A DNA stretch of 55,005 nucleotides, filler included, from Sphacelaria rigidula (lineage: Eukaryota): NCBI GenBank assembly GCA_964200075.2. It is 6 parts of 6 records of this genome, joined end to end, with 100 filler letters (N's around TTAATTAATTAA, not from the genome) between each part and the next. Parts side by side here need not be neighbours in the genome. Positions count along the whole stretch, not along the records: positions 1 to 9,086 come from CAXNAA020009341.1; positions 9,187 to 18,271 come from CAXNAA020009342.1; 4 more parts are not named here. The stretch is one strand, 5' to 3'. The position numbers and the translations under genes are program-made. The stretch's first letter is position 1. The number at the start of each line of letters is the position of its first letter. The notes beneath the pieces were generated by a model. The model was not told the origin of the DNA. It saw only the letters and a list, made by a program, of their open reading frames with translations, and made no database searches. Positions 1 to 11,272 of this stretch are shown here, in pieces.

Positions 1-547
1 AGGAAAGCACTGTTTTGGGCTTGAACCTCATCTCAAAGTTAAACCTCAATTCGCACAATTTGTTGTTATATTTTACAAATACGCACAGAAGCAAAACATA
101 TATGGGGGGGGGGGGGACCAACTGCGACATATCACACCCTGCATAATGACCATGGGTTACGTTGGCAAACAGCGAACTGCGTACATGATCAAATCCATTG
201 TCTACTACAATGAACACTAGATTCGATACTGTACACAGTACACTTTTTGCCAACGTAATATATCGTCATTTTTTCCCAGGGTGTGCTACATACGACACCA
301 GTCTTTACATGAGTGCTGACATCTCGCCAAGACGAACTTACAAACCACGCCCGATAAGTACTATCTCGCGACAACAAAATCATTGTCCAGCCACGAAGAA
401 GTCGACGAAGCGAGGCTGCAAAAAGCCCACCCACGGCACGGCACCCCGCGCACGGGTAGTAGACTCACCGTGCTTCGGAAAATACAGCTAGCACCAGCAA
501 AAATCACGCACACAACACACACAACACAACGCTGGGCATCCCCTATT

Positions 548-669
548 TCACAAGGCGGACTTCGTGCTGAACACATCCTCGAGAAGGTGTTGCGCGAACA
601 TGGGACCTGCTGTTCGCCGATGCTGCTGAAGGGGCATTTTTTGGCGGAGCCCGGCCAGCTCGGAAAAAT
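548..669 (-). CDS. NIT1: NIT1-like nitrilase (deaminated glutathione amidase), last coding exon. Partial gene = join(4886-4809, 4492-4380, 3831-3744, 3132-2971, 2394-2284, 1352-1232, 669-548), 264 aa
   Basis: Encodes (D)FSELAGLRQKMPLQQHRR...TGA, the typical Nit1 C-terminus. CAG acceptor; phase-1 join to the 1232-1352 exon keeps frame. Confidence 0.85.
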
Positions 670-1231
670 CTGTTCCGAAAAGCGACAGGAAAAACAAAGA
701 CCGCAGAGACGTACGTACGATACTGTAGTGTGAAAACCCAAGACATTGTAGTCTCCGAACATGAAACGAGAAACTAATCCACGCTTCAGATGACGCCCTA
801 GGAGCGACAGTCACGAGTGCACGCTTTGTTCACGACGCGGGGTAAGGCACTGGAAGAAAGAATCTCACATGACCGAAGACGAACACAGTACAGCAGGCGT
901 GGGCTCATCAAAAGGTATGCGTATTTGGTTGAGAAGAGCGGCCTCGAAAGCACACGAAAATGGGACATACCGCGTAAACAAAACTCGGTATCTGCTGTGG
1001 CGTCCATTCCTTACACACCGACTAGCCGGCCACAGACAAGCACAAGGGAAGGAAGTTGTGGCCCGCAAGTTAAGCTGGTGTGTTCTTACAGTTGAACACC
1101 ATATGGTGGGAGCAACACCACACATGGTGGATTACGACACGTACACTGGAGCATGACATAAGTCGCGCACCTCCTGGCAGGAGCAACACGAACACTATGG
1201 AGTATGACACGTACACTGGAGCATGACGTAC

Positions 1232-1352
1232 CTATTTCGGCAGTTCGGATGCAGGGAGATTCCTCCCCGCCAGCGTCGGCCAACACCCTGCCCCAGGGGT
1301 CAATAACCATGGCATGCCCGTACGACTCTCGCTTGGCGTTGTGCTGTCCCAC
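1232..1352 (-). CDS. NIT1: NIT1-like nitrilase exon
   Basis: VGQHNAKRESYGHAMVIDPWGRVLADAG..CIRTAEI, the conserved SYGH/DPWG motif. TAG acceptor, GTACGT donor. Confidence 0.93.
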
Positions 1353-1658
1353 CTATTCAATAACACATATCGGACTATGAAACGGTGCCCCGCAGCATCA
1401 CAATGCTAAGACTGACAAGCATTTGAGGGATTTACTACACGAATATCCGTGCACCAGCACCACGTCGAATACGGAATACGTTCGTATCGGTATACGTGAA
1501 CTCAGTGGAAAATGGCTGATGATACTTGATATTCTATGTGCTAAAACTGCCGGATGAACGCACGAGATGGCCGCAATTTGGCGAGAAGGGACGCGCATGG
1601 GGCGCCCATGCTTGCAACACTAGATGCTGAAAAATTAGAAGATGACTGATACATCGAC

Positions 1659-2200
1659 TGTCGCACATAAACTGTTCCGAAAACACAACCAACCGTGGTT
1701 ACAAGCTAGGCGTATATACCCAGGGTAGATGAACGGAAAACACTCGCTGGATAAAACTCGATAAAGGGCGAAGATGGAGGGCAGGACAGAGAAGAAGTAT
1801 AATAGCATCTGTGAGGAAGGCGTATCGCTAGGGTAGACAGAGAGCTACGGGGGAGACTGTCGTTGAAGATGTCGTCCTGATGCCGAAGGAACTCCGAGGC
1901 TGGCAATGATTTCCTATGGTGGTATGTAGGCAAGAAGTGGGCCAGACGTGATATTGATCACCGTAGGGTGATCAGTTACCTCGGGGGATGCAGGGCCGTC
2001 CCAAGATCAGGCTCTTCCTGATATCACCCCGAGTTGTCTAGTATCGTTGGCATTACGGGGTCTCGGTAATCTGGGACTTTCGGACCGTTCCTACCTTGTA
2101 CCTGCATGCGCTGGTTCTTCATACATGTGTGGCATCAATCTATGATATGTCACTGCAGAGAGGTATCTTCCACACATCTTCGAGATGCGTAATTCCGACA
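1659..2200. mobile_element. Candidate solo LTR inside a NIT1 intron
   Basis: Bounded by TGTCG...CGACA (5-bp terminal inverted repeat, TG..CA). Flanks TCGAC/TCGCA could be a degenerate 5-bp TSD. 542 bp. Confidence 0.45.
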
Positions 2201-2283
2201 TCGCAGGTTGTTGGTCGCGACAAGATGAATCAAATCCTCCCACCGTCACATATTCGTCTGTAATAGAGTGCACGGTAGCTTAC

Positions 2284-2394
2284 CTGTGCAGAGGCAACCA
2301 CGTAACACTGCGTCTCGATCGCTCTTGCTCGCAGCAGAACTTCCCAGTGAGCTTTTCCGGTGGGCACAGTGAATGCGCTTGGCACCAGCATCAA
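2284..2394 (-). CDS. NIT1: NIT1-like nitrilase exon
   Basis: [37 protein letters not shown], the Nit1 signature. AAG acceptor, GTAAGC donor, 111 bp, phase 0/0. Confidence 0.95.
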
Positions 2395-2970
2395 CTTCTC
2401 CAGGACAAACGCGACAGTGTAAGCGTCAAAATGGAAAAGTACCACGAACGCGGGTCAGCCTGAGGGAGAGATACACCCCATCAGGTGCTGACCATAGCAT
2501 GACGACGGACGCAGGCACACCCAGCACCGTGTAATTCATGCGCCACAGATACGGCTTGATTCATTCATCGTGATTACCCATGGTACAAATGACTGATACA
2601 GTGCAGCAGAGCTATCGAGAGGATCTAAACGATTATCATAGATTATAACATGTGGCGCGACGTGTTCAATCAAAACTAGGCGATGACCGCGAAACGCAGA
2701 TGTTTTTTCCCGTTTTTCGGGATGATACTCTGTTTAGGGCGTTGAATGTTTTCCTACTCTTAAACAGCACGATACAAGTAAGCCAGCAAACCACCAGAGT
2801 GGCGCCCATCAACTTGAGGCAGCCGCTGCCTTCAGCGACGGCGCATCATCACGACAGGGTTAATAGAGAGCGCAGCAGCGTGGATGCCCAAACCAATATG
2901 CGTTTACTATATCATTTGCAAATCATTACGCCGCACACAACTCACACTCGCCACGCCTTACTTCTCGTAC

Positions 2971-3132
2971 CTGCGATCCTTTTTCCGCGAGGCAAGAGTA
3001 CATCTCTGGAAACCTAAGGTCATAGCACGTGGACATCCCAATATCTCCCACGGGTGTGTCTCGACAAACCACCAGCTCGTGGCCGGCTTGGGTATATCGT
3101 GATTCCTTTAGCACAGCACCTCCCGGAATGTC
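2971..3132 (-). CDS. NIT1: NIT1-like nitrilase exon carrying the catalytic Cys
   Basis: DIPGGAVLKES...TPVGDIGMSTCYDLRFPE...GSQ. CAG acceptor, GTACGA donor, 162 bp, phase 0/0. Confidence 0.95.
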
Positions 3133-3743
3133 CTGAAAACACAAACGTGAGGGGACGGGCTACTTCTGTCTTGAATACATCGGTAATTGGGCGTTGACGG
3201 CATGCACTCCACAGGACCCGGGGGGACGGAGCCACTGCGCAGAAAAAGGAGTGTAGGGGTGAGTTAGCGCTTCATGCCGGGGTTGAATCCTCGTATGCGG
3301 CACTCAAAAACACGGTAAAATCGGAGCGGGTGTCGGTGTAGTGGAGGCGTGGCTAGGGTTTCGAGGCCTGGACATCTCGAGACGGCGCCACAATGCGCGG
3401 TATGTTTCTCCTGGTCCTCCTCCCGGCTTGTGCTACTTTTTCGCCGTTTTTGTGTCACCCTTGACACTATAACGAGTTTTGAAATGCCACATATTTTACC
3501 TCCGCAACCGTCACTACGTGTACTGATTTCACAGCAAGTACATTTAATTCTACAATTATATCTCCATCCTCTCCTCCGCATCTTCCGATCTTCATCCTTT
3601 TTTATATTTTGACTAGATTTCGCCACTGCCATGTACGACATCCTGCTTGAATCAAACACCACTCGTACCACCATCAACGCATACCAACACGCCAAATACA
3701 AGGAGATAATGGTAAATATTGGTTTTCGACGAGCGTCACTCAC

Positions 3744-3831
3744 AACATCAAATAGGTGGATTTTCCGATAGGTTGACCTGATCTCGCCGCTGCCGGATAT
3801 GATGACGTGACTGTTGTACACTTTGCTCTCC
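3744..3831 (-). CDS. NIT1: NIT1-like nitrilase exon carrying the catalytic Lys
   Basis: ESKVYNSHVIISGSGEIRSTYRKIHLFDV. CAG acceptor (phase 2), GTGAGT donor. Confidence 0.95.
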
Positions 3832-4379
3832 CTGCCCGCGGTGATACCACGACAATTGGTCCGAAACACGGCGAAAACCAAGAAGAAACCAGAAGCCGCA
3901 GGCACCGAAGGGGAGGCGGTGAAATGCAGAGTGTTTCTGAGGGTGCATGGTAGGGCTTCCGTTATCCGCACTCTCGAAGTTGAAGCGCTGCAAAACGACT
4001 TCAAACGTATCGATGACGAGAGGAAACAGCCCACCTGTGCCGAGATATGCGATCCGCTGAAAACAGACCATTAGGCCGCGGATTTACTCTGCCGAAACCT
4101 CGAAACGAATCATCCCCTCAGAAGACAAGCGAGTTGAATCCCGAGAGACGTTCCAAGCACAAACTTTACGCCGGATGTTCGAACCATGCGTCTGTTCAGT
4201 ATCGCCGATGGAGCACTTGACCACGAGAACATTCGCCCCCGCACCCCCGTCCCCCACGTGCACGATCGCATCTCCATTTTGGTTAACCCCTCAAAAAACA
4301 AACAAAACAAGTACAAAAGCGTGATAAGGTAATCCTCGTGGCGCCTTCCACAATACCAGTACCTCGCATTGAGTCGCAC

Positions 4380-4492
4380 CTCCCATCCGACGACCCCGTC
4401 GATGGAGTTGCACCAGTGGTGCCGGCAGTGGCGACATACCCCGTTGGTACCTTTTCTTGAAAGCCTCCCAGCGATAGCCACAATCCTGACTC
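4380..4492 (-). CDS. NIT1: NIT1-like nitrilase exon
   Basis: ESGLWLSLGGFQEK plus a G/T/S-rich loop. CAG acceptor, GTGCGA donor in phase 2, matching the next exon. Confidence 0.88.
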
Positions 4493-4808
4493 CTGAGCTA
4501 CAACAGCGACGGCGGGCACAGTGTAAACAACAAACGACTCGGTATCTCGCAAAATGTCGACGTTTCGGAATCAATTGTCGGCGAGCAGACGGTGCAAGCA
4601 TGGCTACTGAACAGTCGATGGAGCGGCGGATTTAACCGTTAGTGCCATCTTCACCCACAGCCGCAATCCACACTCTGATATCACCCCCATCCTCCCCCCC
4701 CCCCCCCCCCCCCCCACCACGACCAAAGTACAACAGCAAGGAACATGACACTGCACTGCGACACCCTTTCAAGAGCGGCTTCTCCGAGGGCTCATCACAC
4801 CAACCTAC

Positions 4809-4886
4809 CCGGGCCAACTCTTGAAAACGCGCCATCGATGGTCCGTCGAGCGGCTCCGCGGCACTGACGGTTTCTCTCCAATCACC
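4809..4886 (-). CDS. NIT1: NIT1-like nitrilase, most 5' exon found in this contig
   Basis: GDWRETVSAAEPLDGPSMARFQELAR, matching the Nit1 'AEPLDG....LAR' segment. TAG acceptor, GTAGGT donor, 78 bp. Confidence 0.85.
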
Positions 4887-6652
4887 CTACGAGTATCGTG
4901 ACCGCATACAGCACAGTCACGTGCGGCGGGAGTGGAATGCAAGGGTTGGAGGGGGTGCGGAGTCAAAGCGCGGCAACCACAAGTCCACTGCTCTGCTCGA
5001 CTGACTCGACCCGCGGTCGCTGTGCTAGTATTCCGACGGACCGTTCTGTCGGTATGCGCCATAGTATTATGACAGCACGTTGAGGGATTCAAAAACTGTT
5101 CCTAAAAGTCGCCACATCGAAATGAGCAATCATGAGGCAAGCAGGGTGGGCGACGAGTTTGCTCACGACCATGTTGATCTTGAAAAACCCATCCCAAGGT
5201 AGGGTTGGGGAGGAGAGGGAGGGGGGTATGTCTTATTGCCAGAATTTACTAACTCGTGGGTGTACTTCCCAACGACACAAGTCTGTACCTGCATTTTTTC
5301 AGGGTGATACATCATCAGGCTTTTTTCGCGGGGTGACTCATCGTCAAGTTACTATAGCGGCATATTGCTGAATAGCGACACCACCACCATTCTGAGTACT
5401 CTTTTTTTTTGCTGCAACATCAAGCGAAGGTCTCAATCAAAGTGATTATTTTCGGGCCCGTACTGCTACATGCACTTAGGTTAAGCTTGGCTATGTATAA
5501 TTAGTATCAGCGGCCAGCAACAAGTCCTTGCGAGGGCGAGCTTGAGATTTTTCTCCAGCGACTCGAAGGAATGGTCATGATCGTGATTTCAGCTGCCGGT
5601 GACGCGTACTTGAAAGTGGGTGCTTGAGATTCGCTCTACCGACCTTCAAGAGTGGTCGTGATAGTGTCGCTGATGCCTTGAATGTATCAGAAACAAGTGT
5701 TCGCAAGTGTTCGCTCGTCATGTACCCCTGCGACTCGAAGAGGTCAGTTCCAAACGCCATCGCTGTTGCACTTAGCGTGTTTGCGACCTCTCAATAGCGC
5801 GACACGCCTACTTACAAGCCCCAGACTGTCCGTCTTCTACATCCTCACCATCCATCCCTGCCCGGGTGACTGTCACACGTATTTTGGGTGAACAAGCGCC
5901 TTCCGACCTTCGCCCCCATCCATCAGTCGTCTTCACAAGCCAGTCTGACAGTCCAGACAGATCTGCTCAGTTCCTACTGACGAGACATACTACACGTCCC
6001 GTGGCACACCACCGAGTAAGAACCCGTTGCCCGACCACCCATCGTTCTGGGTCAAGTGGAGCAGACCCGTTGTTTTCGATCTCTTCCATGATTACGCGGA
6101 AACGAATTGTGGCGTTTATGTTTAGTGGTGACTGCACAAAACTGCAGACCACCAATCACGTAGACTCACGATCGCGCACGCAGGTGGAGATTGCGGTCGG
6201 GATCTAAATCGCAGGATCAATCGTATATCTCAACTAACGGCACGTTAGCCATAGTTATGGGCTACGAAGGGACACATACACAGGAGGAGCCAAGAAGGAA
6301 TACATAGCTCATATCACGAATAAATAACGATCACATGGCGCGAGACGGGTCCGTAGTCATCGATATTGTACTTTACGTACTTTAATATGCAGATATTTAG
6401 TGGTAGAGACGCTAAGAAGCAACCGCCGCAAGGTATGTAGCAACCTCTCTGGGCACAGGTATGAACGCAGGCTGTATTCCTGGGATGGCGAGGGTGGTCA
6501 GTAAGATACACCTTGTCAGGATAAGGTACAGTAGTCTAGTGACATACCTGTTTGAGTTCTGGGTACTCCGCGGGATGACTTTATACTGTGATGGTAGTGA
6601 CAGGACATACGTGAGTGCGTGTGTTTGCCATCTTCAGATCGTAGCCCCCTAC

Positions 6653-6654
<2 letters not shown>

Positions 6655-6697
<43 letters not shown>
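6655..6697. repeat. (TC)n microsatellite
   Basis: Pure TC run, directly visible. Confidence 0.97.
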
Positions 6698-6701
<4 letters not shown>

Positions 6702-6999
6702 CTCTATTTATCTTTCCCTCTTCTTTCCTCTTCATCCAACAATAGCTATATATACATTCAACCACATCAAAATCCCTTCTCCATGTGGTAACCGAACACT
6801 TCGTGTTCCGGCACCGGCGACGGTGTGGCTTCCGTCGTCTGACTCTCTCTCCCCGTCCGCAGCCGCTCCAGGGCCAGTGGACGATATCCAACGCACTAAT
6901 TGGGATATTATCATCCTTAGCTCCGCCAGCTGCTCGGTGATTCCCATCACCGATCCTTGCAAGCTGGCGACATCCCCCTTCATATCTGATCACTTCGGG

Positions 7000-7410
7000 T
7001 CAGCCCATGTAAGTATTAACGGGGATGCCCAGGCATCCTACCCTCATCTCGGCGTGAAAAACTATTTTCATGATGAGGAGTTTGACGGTAGGGGAGAAAA
7101 TTGGCCGTTGTTCCGTGATGGTTCCCTAACACAAGTCAGTGCCGCAGTTTTCATAAGCGCCTTATGTGATAGACGGAAAATATTTCCGTATGACACAGGA
7201 AACTGGCCAGGACCCCCGTAAATAGTGGCAAGGGAAGTCGAAAAAGGAAATTACAAGGGACCTCAGAAAATACGGGGGATTCGAAACCTGATGCGGGTGA
7301 CAATGGTTCTGTAAAGGAGAGGCAGTGTTGGACTTGCCGGGAGCAAGCAACATACTTCACGCGTGACTGTCCGGAGCGATATTGCATGAGATGCGGACAG
7401 AAGGGCATTC
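7000..7410 (+). mobile_element. Degraded LTR-retrotransposon gag fragment with two tandem zinc knuckles
   Basis: 7326-7407 translates to CWTCREQATYFTRDCPERYCMRCGQKG, two decayed CX2CX4HX4C-type knuckles. No continuous ORF; left boundary approximate. Confidence 0.55.
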
Positions 7411-8421
7411 GTTTCAGGGTACTAGAGGAGAAAACAAAGATACGGCGATGGCAGTGGGGTCGTCGAGTAATAGCGAGTCTTCAGTATGCTCTGTCGCGGA
7501 CGGAGAAGCCTTTTAAATGACGGCATGAAGCCTAGGAAGGACTCAAATACCCCTTTGATGTTTTATGTTTTGAGTATTCGTGACCATCATACAGACAGTG
7601 ATCTATGTACCCAAGGAAACGTTGATGCCCAGGTGGATCGAGATGTTGAGCATCTCTGGACGATGCTGAGACCATATTTCGATATGGAAACCGAAACTCA
7701 ATGTCGATGTTTGCCGACTTTTCTGTCTCAATCGACGAATGAAGATCGTCTGCCGTTCTTGTAAGTGTGAGGAACGCGGGGCACCGCGACTTGACTTGAC
7801 TCTAGGACGGTGTCGGTAAAATTGCACAAAATGGAGGTGCGTGAAGGGTGTTGAGAACATGTTTGACATGGGTGCCGGAATTCAACGCCTATGTATAACA
7901 TTGTTGTCACCCCCATGAGCGCAGGACTGCGGGGCACCGCATCTTGACTCGATTGGTTGACGGTGGAACCTTGTTCATCGCCTTGGTGAGTACGGGCACA
8001 TGGGGCACTATGGACTGACTAGACTCGAGGGTGATGTCGGTAAAAAGTTCACGCGAAGAGGTATGCGGATGAATGATGGTTGAGACCACAATTTGAGGTG
8101 GGCTCCTAAACTCAGCATCAAAGTGAAAAGGTTGTTATTATTCCGAGAGGTGCAGGATTCGCGAGGCATCGGTTCCTGACTGGATTGGTTGATAAGACTT
8201 TGTTGGTAAGGTGGGAGCAAGGGCTGAGTAGCGCAATAGTAGTGGCTTGGCCTGACGATGATAACTTCGGAAGATTGATTGTGAGCACATGTGATAGTCC
8301 CGTGCTACAGATCAGCATAATGCGCATGACCCATATTTGATTGCTGATAGAGCTGGCATTATATGCGGGATGCGGTGCATGTGCACAGCATGCTAAAAGA
8401 AGAGTGCATTGTATCACCCAG

Positions 8422-8480
8422 GTGGGAGCTGGCCGTGCCAACATGTGGGAGCTGGCCGTGCCAACATGTGGGAGCTGGCC
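8422..8480. repeat. 23-bp tandem repeat (GTGGGAGCTGGCCGTGCCAACAT) x~2.5
   Basis: Directly visible; an inverted partial copy ATGTTGGCACGGC lies at ~8506. Confidence 0.85.
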
Positions 8481-9086
8481 AGGCGAATCCACAAGGGATG
8501 TAAACATGTTGGCACGGCAGGTTTGAGTAAGAGTGTACTGCTTCATGCACCCAGGATACTAGCGGGCGAATTGCTGTTGGGTCCATGTGTGGTATGTGAA
8601 CAAACGTTAACTCGCCACCGTACGGGTACAAATTGCAGATCGAGTTGAATTGATGATTTTGCTGGATTCGGTAATGGTGAGTGCCGTCATGTGACACCAC
8701 AGTACAGTACATGTTGGCACAAGTATGTTCATCACTGATGATGGACTCGCCCGAGTAACATGGAGATTGATACTTTCCCTTCCATTGTCCCACTGCCCAT
8801 CCCCATCGCGTCTGGACGATGCGTGAGACGCTGAGCCTCCAAAAAACCATTTTGTCCGACACAGGTGCTGTCTGTACAATCGTGACATGCACGAAGTGAC
8901 GAATGTTTTTGGTGGAGGGTGACCGACCATGATCAAGATCAACCCCCAGGCTGCAAAACTCCCCGCTTTGGGAGAACGATGATGGTAGTGACTGTAGCAC
9001 TCCTTTCCCGTGGCCTAAAAGCGCGGGGGGGGGTGTACTCATGATCATGCTTGTCATAGTCATCAGACCATTGACCTCGCATCCCT

Positions 9087-9186
9087 NNNNNNNNNNNNNN
9101 NNNNNNNNNNNNNNNNNNNNNNNNNNNNNNTTAATTAATTAANNNNNNNNNNNNNNNNNNNNNNNNNNNNNNNNNNNNNNNNNNNN
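9087..9186. other. Artificial contig linker (N44-TTAATTAATTAA-N44)
   Basis: 100-bp spacer with stops in all six frames, identical at five positions. Confidence 0.98.
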
Positions 9187-9379
9187 GGGTTTGCCGGATG
9201 GAAAGCCGCAGGTACTCCGCCCTTTCCCCCATCCACGTGATGTGCCGGGTCACTGCACCCCCCCCTCCCCCCCCCCCTCCCCCCCCCGGCGTGGGAGGCA
9301 TGCAAGGTCATGAGTACTGTACATCCTTCCCCCACGCACGTGGCCCGAAACCCAGATTGGGTAGTTGATTGTCGCACAC

Positions 9380-11272
9380 TAACTGATCCCCCAGGAGTCA
9401 TGATCCAGCCGTTGTTATTACCCACATGATGAGACATACCCGAGATGAAAACGACCGGAAACACTCGCTGAAGGAAGTTGAACAGAACAGAATGGCGAAG
9501 CAAACACAACGAGTAGACTGACAAAACAAACAACGTCAGGGGAGAAAAGAAACATAAAAATGGCCGGCCTCTGCTTGATTGCTTCGGGGGAAACGGTCTT
9601 GCGCAACAGCACGCACATTCGTACCCAATCGAGGAAAAAGAAGGAGACGTGGGGACAGATTGCGGGTCGTCTATTCCGGCCAACTACTTTGGGTATGAGT
9701 TCTCACCCGTGAACCCTACGGAAAGCGAGGCGCCAAACCGCGACTTACATACACCGGGAGGAACCAACACACAAAGAGAGAGAGAGAAATGGGGAGAGAA
9801 GGAAAAAAAAGAGAAACAGACTACAGAAGTGATGAACCTCAAGAACGCGCTACGGTCGAGCAGGTACAAACACACGACATCAGGGAATACCGCAAGGCCA
9901 CCGACCAAGGACAAAGTTAACGACAAAATTAACAATCGGTAGAAAATGGAAGAAGTTAAAGAGAATAGCGGAGGAAACTACAGAAGTGATGAACCTCAAG
10001 GACACGGTACGGTAGAGCAGGTACAGACGCGAAAAGCCAGCGAGTATCGCAAGGCCACCAACCAAGGACAGAGTCAGAGACACACTCGACAACCGATAGG
10101 AAAGAACAGGGGTACATCAGTTTCCGTGTTAGCCCATCCTCCCTCATCCATCGCTAGTCGGATACAAAGCGGGTCTTGGTCTCGGTCATTTCCATCCTGG
10201 ACTCCTGGCAAGCTGTTGCTGTTGTTGTCTTACATAGTAGTGGCAGCTCTCCGATTTTGGCGGCTCTCGACGCAGCAGCCTCTCGTTTGTGGTGGAGGTC
10301 AGATTTGCTCTTGCCTGTGCATCGCCACGTGTCCTCGAACGCTTTCACCTCTTTCTCGACAATGTCATTGGCCCACGCTCTTCGCCAAAGTGACCCAGCC
10401 GTGGGCGTCGTTAGCCTCCATACCCCAGGCAAACCAGCTCCATTGTGCTCGTTTGCGCAGAAGGCTCCCTGTTCTGGAGGTTGTTCCCATAGTGTTTATA
10501 GGGGGGCGACCAGCCTCCTTGGGCTCTTGTGCGGCTACCCGTCCGTGCATGACGCGTTTGGGACGGCGTGGTTCGCCCTGCCTGGCAAGGTTCCCCGCTA
10601 ACCGTAGTCGACGCTTGCGGATGGTCGTCTCGATACGTTTGTAGTTGATCATCGCGAGCACAGCTTTGTACGAAACAGTCTTGTAACCCGTTTGGTGCCC
10701 CCTGCGGAATCCAACCACTTGCAGCAAAAGCTTGTAGTAGGCAATACGCAGACTGTCGAAGTCCTCGGAACGCAGCGTCTATGTAGCACATCGGTACAAC
10801 ACAGCTTCCCCCACCTCCCTTTTATGCAGCCGGATTTTCAACGATAGCTGGGCGTTGAATCGATCGCGGACGCGGGAGCTATACTTTCGGAGGCGTGTCC
10901 ACGCAGCACTGATCAGGCGGTTGATTTCGACGGAAATCTTCGCGTCCGCGCTGACAGCACGACCGAGGTAGACAAACTTGGCCGTCTGCTTACCGTTGAC
11001 CGGCCACGCTGATGTACAAGCCGGTCTCTGCAGGGCTGGGTACTGACCGCAGGCGCATGGACTCTGCCTTCCCCTCCGATACTGTCAGACTGGCCTCCTG
11101 ACAGGCCACCACTACCATGGCCATCGTTTTAGCAGGCTCCTCTGGGGACCTCGACACTACGCCGGAGTCATCCGCATATAGCGCTGCCCCCACCGCACCC
11201 CGTACCTTCTCCAGCGGCGTCTCTGCCAGAAGTTCACCACCGTCACCTTTTGGCGCATCACCTAGAAATACA
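9380..11272 (-). mobile_element. 5'-truncated, decayed RTE-clade non-LTR retrotransposon (RT C-terminal half plus 3' UTR)
   Basis: LEKVRGAVGAALYADD (YADD at 11167-11178), KFVYLG..., IETTIRKRRLRLAGNLARQGEPRRPKRVMHG; stops and frameshifts. The long 3' UTR carries a 157-bp-period duplication (9821/9978). Confidence 0.85.

Noticed and set aside
3264-4034. 256-aa ORF as a stand-alone gene
   Set aside because: Only 3744-3831 is nitrilase-like; the rest is intron read-through.
6314-6511. TACVHTCAQRGC...GCF as the missing NIT1 first exon
   Set aside because: Lacks the invariant PE catalytic motif and a fitting splice context.
6619-7221. 200-aa ORF as a host gene
   Set aside because: It starts in a (TC)n tract and runs into decayed gag-like sequence.
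9131-9142. TTAATTAATTAA recurring every ~9184 bp
   Set aside because: Synthetic six-frame-stop linker between N runs.
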